Source of the DNA: Candidatus Heimdallarchaeota archaeon B3_Heim
GTDB lineage: Archaea; Asgardarchaeota; Heimdallarchaeia; Hodarchaeales; Hodarchaeaceae
Length of the DNA stretch: 32,000 nucleotides
NCBI GenBank assembly: GCA_003144275.1
Contig: NJBF01000022.1
Location: forward strand, 30,001 to 62,000
Direction of reading: 5' to 3'
The position numbers and the translations under genes were made by a program. Below the pieces are notes generated by a model that saw nothing but the letters and a program-made list of their open reading frames with translations, did not search any database and had not been told where the DNA came from. Within the stretch, counting starts at the first letter, position 1. Every line of letters begins with the position of its first letter. Shown here piece after piece: positions 17,735 to 26,746 of the stretch.

Positions 17735-19795
17735 TCATTTTTTGTAGACTGCTGGCCCAAACCTTTGATTCTTCATTTTAATACGCGGGCTTGTGAAGCT
17801 ACAGGTTGGATACTGTGAACAACCATAAAATTTCTCCCCCGTACGCGAATTGGTTCTTTCTCGGAGATTACCAACAGTACAAACTGGACATGAATAAGAA
17901 GAATCATTGGATTTAAATTTTCGTCTATTTTGAGAGGATTTATGTATAAACTTCGTACTACTACTCGTTCCTAGACCTGAAAATGCTTCTTTCAATAGAA
18001 CCTGTAGTTCTTGGAGCTGTGAAACTAATTGTTTGTGAAGTGAAATATATTCGAAGCGGATGGTTTCTAACATTGATTCATACGAACATTTTTCAGTAGC
18101 TACCTCATCCATACGGATTTCTACTTGCCGAGTGAACTTAGGGGTTACCAAATCAGGCCAAATTGAATCAAATATTTTGATAAGGTTTTTTCCAGTGAGT
18201 GTACTCTCATATGACGTTCCTTGACGTTTAATATATTTTCTCATTTCCAACTTTTTGATGATTTCAGGACGGGAGGATTTAGTACCAATTTTAAGTTTTT
18301 CCAGCCGTTTTATGAGTGCTGCATCTCCCCAACGTGCAGGTGGTTTAGTTTTGAATTTTTCTGACCGAATATTTCTGACTTGGACAATTTGACCCTTTTC
18401 AAAGGAAAAAGATGGAGTTTCGCGAGGTCTTCTCCAAATCATTGCCTCAGTCCATCCAAATGACTCTGTGTTTTGATACTTTTGACTAAATGGTTCTTCT
18501 TTTATGGATAATGTAACAGTTCCACGCTGCTGAAGAAGATCGTGCATAAACATACCGATATACCAACGAGCAATAAATGTCCAACTCTTCAAATGAGAGG
18601 GGGTAATCTTAGTTCCGATTTGAGGAATCGCACCCGTGGGGTGAATCGGATCATGATCTTCTGTACCTTGCTTACGACCATTTGTCCTAACTTGGATCAT
18701 ACTTTCAATTTGTTGGAAAAAAGTTTTGTAAGGATCATGCTTTTGGAGTTTAACCAGGATATCTTTATGTGGAAAGTTGTCCTTGAATTTTCTATTTTCT
18801 GTACGGGGGTAGGAAATGTATCCCTGTTGGTAAAGAATTGCCAGAATAGATAGTGCTTCTTCAGCTTTTACCTTTAAGTTCTGTGATATGAGCGCAATAG
18901 CATCAGTCGTATTCATTGGACGAGGAGGAGGGATACGAATTTGTCTTCGTTGAAATGAAGTAATTTTTGCTAATGTTGACTTCTGTAACTTATCAAGAAT
19001 CTCCTGTACTTTCGTCTCCTTCGTGAATGGAGAGCGGTCGTGTTGTACAGAGGCAAGAACATTCTTTCTACCATCATCCAATAGGTCCGCAAGAACATTG
19101 TACTTTTGTTGAGCAAGAAAGGCCGTTCGCTCATTGTCTCGATCAACGATCAACTTGAGTGTAGGTAATTGGACACGACCCACAGATAAAACCAGTCCTC
19201 TTTCTTTTCTAACTTTACGTGCGGTCATAGTAACCTCACGAGTGCCAGCAAATCCTACCCATGCATCAATTGTGCGACGTCCTTGAACTGCTAAGGCTGG
19301 ATTGACCGACCAAGAAGTTAGCTGATTAAATGCTCTCAGAATTTCTACTGACGTTAAAGAAGAGTTCCAAATACGACGTGTCTTCGATTTTAACTTAGGA
19401 TTTGATCGTATTGCTATATTATAGGCTTCAAAAGCAATATTATCTCCCTCGGAATCCGGATCTGTGGCTAACCACAATTCATCAGTTTTACTGGCCAACT
19501 CTCTTATTATTTTTCGAAATTCATAGTTTTCTTTAACAACAAGGGCTTTAGGATCCTGTACGAGTGCAATTGGGGGACATTCTCCCCATCCAAATCCCTT
19601 TTTAGTATCAATATTTGTTATATGCCCCGATAGAGGTAGAAATGTTAATGTGTCTCCTTTCCATTCTCCTGTACGGATATAAACCCGTTTTCCAACTTTT
19701 TTAGTCATCACAGCTGTAAACAACGTTTCACAAAAAGTTCGTACTTGAGAAGCTTTTTCTCCAATCACGAGAACCTGTTTTCCTTGTTTCGACAT
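17735..19795 (-). CDS. topA: Type IA DNA topoisomerase (archaeal TopA/Top3-like) with one C-terminal Zn ribbon
   Basis: TOPRIM motifs IGEK and ATDPDSEG; SVGRVQ; GYISYPRTE (active-site Tyr); HDPIHPT; C-terminal CPVC...FYGCSQYPTC. Confidence 0.93.
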   Translation of the reverse strand: MSKQGKQVLVIGEKASQVRTFCETLFTAVMTKKVGKRVYIRTGEWKGDTLTFLPLSGHITNIDTKKGFGWGECPPIALVQDPKALVVKENYEFRKIIRELASKTDELWLATDPDSEGDNIAFEAYNIAIRSNPKLKSKTRRIWNSSLTSVEILRAFNQLTSWSVNPALAVQGRRTIDAWVGFAGTREVTMTARKVRKERGLVLSVGRVQLPTLKLIVDRDNERTAFLAQQKYNVLADLLDDGRKNVLASVQHDRSPFTKETKVQEILDKLQKSTLAKITSFQRRQIRIPPPRPMNTTDAIALISQNLKVKAEEALSILAILYQQGYISYPRTENRKFKDNFPHKDILVKLQKHDPYKTFFQQIESMIQVRTNGRKQGTEDHDPIHPTGAIPQIGTKITPSHLKSWTFIARWYIGMFMHDLLQQRGTVTLSIKEEPFSQKYQNTESFGWTEAMIWRRPRETPSFSFEKGQIVQVRNIRSEKFKTKPPARWGDAALIKRLEKLKIGTKSSRPEIIKKLEMRKYIKRQGTSYESTLTGKNLIKIFDSIWPDLVTPKFTRQVEIRMDEVATEKCSYESMLETIRFEYISLHKQLVSQLQELQVLLKEAFSGLGTSSSTKFIHKSSQNRRKFKSNDSSYSCPVCTVGNLRERTNSRTGEKFYGCSQYPTCSFTSPRIKMKNQRFGPAVYKK

Positions 19796-19985
19796 TCTTT
19801 CTATTCATTCCAGACATAGGGAGTAATTAACATCTCTATTACGACAAACATTATAGGATACTAAGATCAGTGAAGAAATTAGACCACCAAATGAATATTG
19901 ATTAGAGAGTAAACCTCTCCCTCTTCTTTAAAAAGATAGTGGCATGATTTGTTTGTTTCTATTTTTTGTTTACATTCCAAAAAAA

Positions 19986-19993
19986 TTTATATA
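19986..19993 (+). promoter_or_regulatory. Putative archaeal TATA box
   Basis: TTTATATA preceded by an A-run, about 33 bp upstream of the ATG at 20026. Confidence 0.5.
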
Positions 19994-20025
19994 GTCCAAA
20001 GATTGGAAACATATTTGTGATATAA

Positions 20026-20976
20026 ATGGAAGTAGAATATCGAAAATTTCAACCAAATGAGGGATTAGAGGAGATTCAAGCCGAGATTTATGTTAATGCT
20101 CAGAAACGCATTCCAGATCGTGATTATCCAGTACCGACAGTGGAAGAAGTCGTACAGCAAATCAAAACTCGAAACGAAACTGATGCACCTGATGTCAATG
20201 CTATCAGATATGCTCTTACAAAAGATAGTAAGCCATTAGCATATGTTCAATCACATATTACTAATCGTTATAATGCTACAGAAGTTAGTTTCCCCCATGC
20301 AATGGAAAATTGCCCTACAGAAGTCCAAGATAAACTTTTCCAAGATGTCGTTGATTACGTTGTCGATCGTGATAAGGACAAAGGTCCTGACCATCAGATT
20401 ATTGCGGGTGGAATTTATCGATCCAAGATGAAACAAGAAATCGCATTTCTTAAATCTCACAACTTCGTAGTCAATCGGAAATATCTCACCTACCGCTACA
20501 ATACTGGTTCACTTGAATTAGAAGGGGAAGAAAAGTTTACTGTTCGGAAAGGAGATTTGACTGATGAAACGGATTTGGCCGCTCTTATGGAAGTTGGTAG
20601 ATTGGATGAAACAGCATTAGAAGCTTTTCCAAAAGAAGAACAGCTAAAGAGATATTACGAGAACATTCAACGAAATCCTCTGAAAATTATCTTAGTTTTT
20701 GAGGGAGATTTAATTGTTGCAGCAGGAGCAATTCGCGCCGAGGAAAATCAAGATCCCAGTGTTCAATTAACTTTCTACAGACCAGGTAAGGAATCTGCAT
20801 GGAAATTGCTAATGACAAAAATTTCAAAGGAAGCATTTGATATTACTCAGAAACATTTATCAGCAACGTACGAGGCTGATTCAGGAACAGAATTCGAAAT
20901 GGTTCAAGAACTCGAAAAATCTGGTCATATCGATTTTGTTTCGAAGAGTTATCGATTTAACCTGCCAAAAAATTGA
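20026..20976 (+). CDS. Uncharacterised soluble protein, probably tandem GNAT-like fold
   Basis: 316-aa ORF; PLAYVQSH, KLFQDVVDY, FLKSHNF and LIVAAGAIR resemble GNAT strand/helix patterns; no canonical acetyl-CoA motif seen. Confidence 0.55.
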   Translation: MEVEYRKFQPNEGLEEIQAEIYVNAQKRIPDRDYPVPTVEEVVQQIKTRNETDAPDVNAIRYALTKDSKPLAYVQSHITNRYNATEVSFPHAMENCPTEVQDKLFQDVVDYVVDRDKDKGPDHQIIAGGIYRSKMKQEIAFLKSHNFVVNRKYLTYRYNTGSLELEGEEKFTVRKGDLTDETDLAALMEVGRLDETALEAFPKEEQLKRYYENIQRNPLKIILVFEGDLIVAAGAIRAEENQDPSVQLTFYRPGKESAWKLLMTKISKEAFDITQKHLSATYEADSGTEFEMVQELEKSGHIDFVSKSYRFNLPKN

Positions 20977-21015
20977 ATTTAACCAATCACTAAAGCTAGT
21001 AAGTCTATTCCAGCA

Positions 21016-21051
21016 TTTTTTGACTGGTTTTTTTCATTTTCTTTTTTTCTT
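21016..21051 (+). terminator. Oligo-T archaeal terminator
   Basis: Several T6-T7 runs downstream of the stop at 20976. Confidence 0.5.
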
Positions 21052-21122
21052 GTTACAATAAAACAAATGAACTTATGTTCTTCTTGTTTATCATCTAATT
21101 TCTATTCTACTTACTGTAAACT

Positions 21123-21932
21123 GTGATAGATATGACTTTTAAAATGATTGATTTAACTCAACGCTTGTCAATTCATACCCCTCCTTGGCCTAGTTATATG
21201 CCTTTACAATTACAATATTTTAAGCGTATTGCAGGAGCACATATGGGACAAGGGGCAAATGGTCAAATAATAAAAACCAGCAATCATGTGGGCACTCACA
21301 TTGATGGAGAAATCCATTTTTTTGGAGCTGGTAGAACTATAGGTCAAATGGATTTAGAAGAATTTTGTGGACCTGGTGTTGTAGTCGATTTATCTGACGT
21401 TATGACCGACTATGATCTATATTCACCTGAAATGTTGATGGAACGTGCAGATATACAGAAAGGTGACATTTTACTAATCAAAACTGGTTATCAACGTTAT
21501 TCTTGGGATCAGCCCGAGAGTGATGAATTACGCTATTTTGTAAAACATCCTGGCCCAGATACGGATTTTCCCCAATGGGCAATTGATATGGAATTTAAGT
21601 GGATAGGGGTCGATTGTGGCTCTGCTGACCATCCAATGAATACAATTATTCGCGATTGGCATCCAAAATCGTTTATTGAAGCCGAGGAAAAACTAACAAA
21701 CAAATATAATGTAGAATCTTGGGATAATATGTTCCCACCATCCAAATTTTATCAGATCATGCATCTTGAATTGTTTCCCAAAGGAGTTATCCACGCTGAA
21801 AATCTTTGGATCCCAGATGATCCTGGCCTGACAAATAAAAGGACATGGGTTGGTTGCTTCCCGCTTCGTGGGATAGAATTAGAATCTTCTATGTGTAGAA
21901 TTGTCGCATTCCCCGATGTGCCTTTGAAATAA
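21123..21932 (+). CDS. Cyclase family metal-dependent hydrolase (kynurenine formamidase/isatin hydrolase fold)
   Basis: HVGTHIDGEIHF (HxGTHxD), HPG, IGVDCGSAD and ENL motifs. Start is either GTG 21123 or ATG 21132. Confidence 0.88.
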   Translation: MIDMTFKMIDLTQRLSIHTPPWPSYMPLQLQYFKRIAGAHMGQGANGQIIKTSNHVGTHIDGEIHFFGAGRTIGQMDLEEFCGPGVVVDLSDVMTDYDLYSPEMLMERADIQKGDILLIKTGYQRYSWDQPESDELRYFVKHPGPDTDFPQWAIDMEFKWIGVDCGSADHPMNTIIRDWHPKSFIEAEEKLTNKYNVESWDNMFPPSKFYQIMHLELFPKGVIHAENLWIPDDPGLTNKRTWVGCFPLRGIELESSMCRIVAFPDVPLK

Positions 21933-21941
21933 TTCTACTCG

Positions 21942-21962
21942 TTTCCTTCTTTCTTTTTTTTG
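21942..21962 (+). terminator. Oligo-T archaeal terminator
   Basis: Pyrimidine tract ending in T9 just after the stop at 21932. Confidence 0.5.
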
Positions 21963-22100
21963 TATTAAACTCAATTATTTTTCTTTTCTGCTTTTTTCTT
22001 CGACCTCTCTATAAGTAGAAATAGCTGTACTATCTCCAAAAAAACTATATTCGGTTAAGTGTTCTTCATTATATAACCCACTAATGGAAGAAAATTGCAT

Positions 22101-22568
22101 ATGGAACGTGTTGAATTCTTTAAAAAGCAAATACAACTTGAAAATGAGATCGTTGAATCTGCCCATGCGGCAGTTAAAGAACTTAAGAATAATATGGTGA
22201 AAGAATTGATTGAGGGAATAGCTAGTGATTCTACTAAGCATGCCTCATTATTGACTTCTTTAATCGCAGCTGAAACGGGTTCTAATCCACTAATTGATGA
22301 AAAAGTAACTGATCAATTGAAAAAGAATTTAGAAGATCATATTAGACTAGAACAACAAGCTATCGAAACATATAAAGAATTACTTAAAACTCTTAAAGGA
22401 GAAAGTGAAACTCTGATCATCAAGTATATCCTTAATGATGAAGTACGGCATCACGCTCTTTTAAAGAAGATTCATAAAATAATTGTAGAAAAAGAAACCC
22501 TCACGGAACAGGATCTCTGGGATCTCACATGGAAGGATTCCATTTCGCATGGTTCCCCTGGGGGATGA
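22101..22568 (+). CDS. Ferritin-like/rubrerythrin-like four-helix bundle protein
   Basis: Internal two-fold repeat LENEI...DSTKH / LEQQA...DEVRHH; ATG at 22101 preferred over TTG at 22095. Confidence 0.8.
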   Translation: MERVEFFKKQIQLENEIVESAHAAVKELKNNMVKELIEGIASDSTKHASLLTSLIAAETGSNPLIDEKVTDQLKKNLEDHIRLEQQAIETYKELLKTLKGESETLIIKYILNDEVRHHALLKKIHKIIVEKETLTEQDLWDLTWKDSISHGSPGG

Positions 22569-22637
22569 ATTTTAAATTTTCTTTTTTGCGTACCATTCTC
22601 TAAACTACACCAAGAGCTCCTAGAGGTGTTCTAACCC

Positions 22638-25600
22638 CTAGTGGAAACGGAAATGAACTTGGGGTAATGAGATTACTCCTCGCTCGGTCAATCGTACACC
22701 ACATATTGGACACTCGTTCCTAATCTTAACACTCTGAAGTAAGTGACGGCGATGAAAAAAGCTGGAACATTGCGTACATTCAACTAAATCAACATCGGTC
22801 GTTGTTACGACACTTTTAAGGCAAATTGCGCATGTTAGTCGTTGCGTACAGAATCCACAATTTTTTTGTTTCTCTAAAACAGGATTATTACATTTAGGGC
22901 AATTAGATTGATAACTAGATTGTTTAGGTAATTCTGTAGTTGTTTTAAGAGTACTTTTATAGATTTCTTTAAGACCTGAACTCCACATGTGGAATATTGT
23001 CTGTGGGGAATCAATCTCGAAGCGTTTGATAAATTTGTTTATTGCCAGAGAATATTCTAGTTCGAATTCTCCCTGTTCAGGTAGCTCCATGAGAAATGGT
23101 AAATTTATCCATGAACAGTACTCTCCTATTAACGGTAGAATAGCGCGTTTTATCTCAGCTCTTTGTGATTGTTGATATAGAGAGATGTAGTATTTTTCTG
23201 GCTCAGAAGGTGGTCTTTTAGCAAATCGGGTTGTTAACGCGCTAATAGTAGAATCTTCAGAGATATTAATTGAAGGATCTGAAAGGACGTAATCTAATGA
23301 GTCTTGAGGCAGTTTAGTAAAATATGCACTGAGTAAGGACTCACGTACAGATAAATGCGAGTCATTTAATATGGTCAATATTCTAATATCGTCCTCTATT
23401 GATCTTCCTACAGCTTGCTTTATGAGAGCTGATAAAAGAGCTTGACCTTCATCTGAGAATTTTTTTGTCTGATCATTAGTAATAATATCTCGAATCAGCT
23501 TATAATCATTTGTTGGCCCTCTGAGACGTGAGAGACATTGATCAACAAGAACTGGTCTTAAACTTTTTGTTTTCAGACCTGGGATAATATATTTGAGTAA
23601 GATACCAAATTTCTTTTCTGATAATTTATTGGTATAGTTCCCAACAGAGATTGCAAGGGAGGAAAGATTGTGATCATCAATATTCTCAATAGTTACTCTT
23701 GGATATTTACCAATTATTTGGTTAAAGAGGTTTTCAACGAACAATCTCAAATTTACATCAGTATTAAGCTTGGTAAGACGAATTAATACAAGATACAGGA
23801 GTTTTTTCGGGTTTAAGTCAAGAATTGATAGAATTAACGGTTCGATATTCTTATGATTCAACAATGCAGGGTCCCGAATTGAGAGTATTGCATAGAGCAT
23901 CTGGCTACTCTTGGTTGAAAAATCGGGGATGATATATTTCTGGATGTAGGAAGAATGATTCCTTGGTAATGATATGACAATCTCCCCTAAAATTGGTATA
24001 CTCTTATTAAATACATGTTTTATTAAGATCTTATATTTAGGTAAGCTTTTACTTGATATAGAGGAGATATTTTGCCAGAATTTCACGATGTCGATGTCAA
24101 TAAGTTTCTTTGTAATTTTCAATAACGTCTCTGTATTTTTTTTGGTTTTTTTTTCAAATTTGTTCAAAAATAGAGGTAATACTTCATTTGGACGAAGTAA
24201 AAATACTCTTTCCCATGAGGTGATTAGAGTTTTTTCGAATCCTACTCTAGAAACGAGTTTTTCAATATCAGTATTACTCAGTTCACTAGCAATAATATTC
24301 ATAGGAAACGAAATTTTACTACTAATTTGTATTATTTCATCAAAATGATCCTTAAAGTGGATCTTCAGATAGCTAGCTAAGCTGGTATAGACTGTTGACT
24401 CAATAGGTTGAGAAGTAGTGAGTAATGGAAGAAAATAATTAAAATTTTGGTATAAATAACCAATATGAGAAATATATTTATTTTTTATTAAGTAATTGCT
24501 GATATTACCCACTGTTTTTGCATCAAAACTTTCTAGAAGTCGAGATACTCGTTTTCTTCTAGTGTAATATTGTTGTTGGATGATTTGCTCTATTAACTTT
24601 TTCCATTGAGTTGTTTTTAGGGAATTGAGTGAAGGACGGAGTATGTTCTGAATATTTGTATCTTTGGTTTGAAAATAAGAATCGATTACTCGTTTTATAT
24701 CGAGTGTAGAGTAATTCTGAAATTCTGAAGTAAAGAATTGTGCATATTTGTTTAGATCCTTTTCGAGAAGTGTGAGAAGGAAAAAAAGATAGTCAATTCC
24801 GTGAGAGTCTTTTTGTGCATCTAAATATTTCAATATTGATGATGCGCTTGTAAACAGTAAAGATTCAAGTGTATCAGATAGGAAAGAAATTTCTTTTTCA
24901 GTTTCATGACGGGTAATTTGAGAAAAGTAGGCGATAATTAATGGGTTTGTTTGTGTTTGTTGTTTAAGAGAGACTGCATTTAAAATTGCACCATTCGTTA
25001 GGTTTTTTGATACAAGCCATTCAATAAATTGTTGCTGTGCTTTATTGGAAGAATTACTGAACCTATGAATCAGAAAAGTAAGCTCCTCACGTGAACTATC
25101 AAATATTTTTAAAAAGATCGGTATCTTTTGAGGAGAAATCTTATTTGGTAGATTTTCGGATGAGCAAGCATTAATTAAATTGTCTTTAGAAACTTCTCGA
25201 AAAAGTGGGAGTATTAGATCAGTGGGTTGTTTCATGTAGCTCTGTAAGATAAGATATAATACTCTAACATCACATTTTACCCAAAGGATTAATAATTCAA
25301 TAAGATCCATATTTTTATTCTTAACTGCCGTTCTATAAGCTTCTTCACTTAATTTCGGATTAAACTGACCCAGTATTCCTTTGGTTATCGATTTATTACA
25401 CATTCCCCAGTTCTCAATTAACTTGTTTAAGAACATCTCCTGTACCTCCATTTCAAGTGCAAGTATTGAATCAAGAAATGCTGTGTTTGTAAATACGCTT
25501 AATAAATGATTAAATCGGTCTGGGTTCAACTCATCAAGATGATTCAAAATATGTGCTAAGCTTTGAGGTAATAATTGTTCAAAACCATATATCATCTGTT

Positions 25601-25796
25601 TAGTTTCATTATTTTCCCGAAAATTATCGAAAAAAATTCTTATGGCGTGATCAGGACTCTCCTTTACTAGATTATTGATTTTCTTTTTCCATATAAACGG
25701 TACTCGTCCAAAAGAAATCTTTTCATAATCAGATTTTTCCATTGCAGTCATTAGTCCTGATATCACTATGAAGTCTGGGTAATCATTTGTACTCAA
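22638..25796 (-). CDS. Large helical (alpha-solenoid-like) protein with C-terminal Zn finger plus RING-type domain
   Basis: 1052 aa, Leu/Ile-rich amphipathic segments with no TM or enzyme motif; C-terminal CxxC-x10-CxxC-x5-CxxC-x14-CxxC-x4-HxxH-x10-CxxC at 22901-22701. Confidence 0.8.
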   Translation of the reverse strand: MSTNDYPDFIVISGLMTAMEKSDYEKISFGRVPFIWKKKINNLVKESPDHAIRIFFDNFRENNETKQMIYGFEQLLPQSLAHILNHLDELNPDRFNHLLSVFTNTAFLDSILALEMEVQEMFLNKLIENWGMCNKSITKGILGQFNPKLSEEAYRTAVKNKNMDLIELLILWVKCDVRVLYLILQSYMKQPTDLILPLFREVSKDNLINACSSENLPNKISPQKIPIFLKIFDSSREELTFLIHRFSNSSNKAQQQFIEWLVSKNLTNGAILNAVSLKQQTQTNPLIIAYFSQITRHETEKEISFLSDTLESLLFTSASSILKYLDAQKDSHGIDYLFFLLTLLEKDLNKYAQFFTSEFQNYSTLDIKRVIDSYFQTKDTNIQNILRPSLNSLKTTQWKKLIEQIIQQQYYTRRKRVSRLLESFDAKTVGNISNYLIKNKYISHIGYLYQNFNYFLPLLTTSQPIESTVYTSLASYLKIHFKDHFDEIIQISSKISFPMNIIASELSNTDIEKLVSRVGFEKTLITSWERVFLLRPNEVLPLFLNKFEKKTKKNTETLLKITKKLIDIDIVKFWQNISSISSKSLPKYKILIKHVFNKSIPILGEIVISLPRNHSSYIQKYIIPDFSTKSSQMLYAILSIRDPALLNHKNIEPLILSILDLNPKKLLYLVLIRLTKLNTDVNLRLFVENLFNQIIGKYPRVTIENIDDHNLSSLAISVGNYTNKLSEKKFGILLKYIIPGLKTKSLRPVLVDQCLSRLRGPTNDYKLIRDIITNDQTKKFSDEGQALLSALIKQAVGRSIEDDIRILTILNDSHLSVRESLLSAYFTKLPQDSLDYVLSDPSINISEDSTISALTTRFAKRPPSEPEKYYISLYQQSQRAEIKRAILPLIGEYCSWINLPFLMELPEQGEFELEYSLAINKFIKRFEIDSPQTIFHMWSSGLKEIYKSTLKTTTELPKQSSYQSNCPKCNNPVLEKQKNCGFCTQRLTCAICLKSVVTTTDVDLVECTQCSSFFHRRHLLQSVKIRNECPICGVRLTERGVISLPQVHFRFH

Positions 25797-26103
25797 AAAG
25801 TTAGCGATATAGGGTTGTTAATAATAAGTTATTATACTTGTGTATTTCGAGGCAATATTAGAGATGTCTACGGGCTCTTTTATGCTAATGGTATATAAAT
25901 TAAACACATTTATTCATAAAAGTCTTTCTTCTAGTTTGATAATGTATTACAAGCTATTAAACTTAACAAGAATTCAAAAAGAGGATTGGGAATATACCGT
26001 GACATCCTGAAGAGATTCTGGAAAGGATTATGGTTAAGCTATTCACTTAGTTAGATGATGCAAAATTGTTAAAAGCAACCCATCTTTCTTTTTTCAATGT
26101 ATT

Positions 26104-26115
26104 CGAAATTTTATA
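26104..26115 (+). promoter_or_regulatory. Putative BRE plus TATA promoter of the cupin gene
   Basis: CGAAA-T-TTTATA about 42 bp upstream of the ATG at 26157. Confidence 0.55.
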
Positions 26116-26156
26116 GATACGTTCCATTCAAACACATGATTGTGAAGGATTAAATA

Positions 26157-26543
26157 ATGTCAAACGATAAACAACAACCAAATTGGCTGTTTAACCGATA
26201 TAACACAAGCCAAGGAATCATTCGCCAACTTACGAAAGGAATGAGTGCGCAAATATTTGTAGGTGATAATTCAATGCTATCTATAGCACGCTTAGAACCA
26301 CACACACAAGGAGAACTTCATAGTCACCCCGAAGAGCAATGGGGATTTTTATTAGAAGGAGAATGTGTTCGGATCCAGGAGGGTAAAGGAATACATGTAA
26401 GTATGGGTGATTTTTGGCATACACCAAGCAATGTTCAACATGGGATTCGTTCAGAAGAACAAGCAGCAGTTGTGTTAGACTTTTTCAGTCCGCCACGCCC
26501 TGAATACCGTGAAGTAGGTAAAGGATTCGGAATAGCAAAGTAG
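26157..26543 (+). CDS. Cupin domain protein
   Basis: HSHPEEQ...G and G-D-x2-H-x-P-x-N-x-x-H-G cupin motifs; DFFSPPR. Confidence 0.9.
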   Translation: MSNDKQQPNWLFNRYNTSQGIIRQLTKGMSAQIFVGDNSMLSIARLEPHTQGELHSHPEEQWGFLLEGECVRIQEGKGIHVSMGDFWHTPSNVQHGIRSEEQAAVVLDFFSPPRPEYREVGKGFGIAK

Positions 26544-26746
26544 AGTACTCAAATAATTGTAGGAAAGACGAATTGAAAGGATAGAATTCGAAAATATTTT
26601 CTGTTTTTCCTCTAAATCAATCGTACTTGTGAAATTATTTCAACTATCGAAGAATATCCCAATGGTACTCTTCAAGTCTTGGATATAGCTTACGATGAAT
26701 AATGGATTCCAATTATCTGGTTTTCATTGGAAAAAAAGGAAAGGAG

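Noticed and set aside
21975-22241. 88-aa minus-strand ORF and the other short overlapping ORFs (e.g. 2586-2798, 3750-3971, 5501-5755, 8893-9171, 18542-18853, 23974-24348, 30031-30309)
   Set aside because: They overlap well-supported genes in other frames or strands, show no motifs, and some run through terminator tracts; treated as shadow ORFs.
26629-26703. Small ORF MKLFSTIEEYPNGTLQVLDIAYDE between the cupin and pepF genes
   Set aside because: It looks protein-like but is only 24 codons with no clear SD or recognisable family; cannot be supported without homology data.
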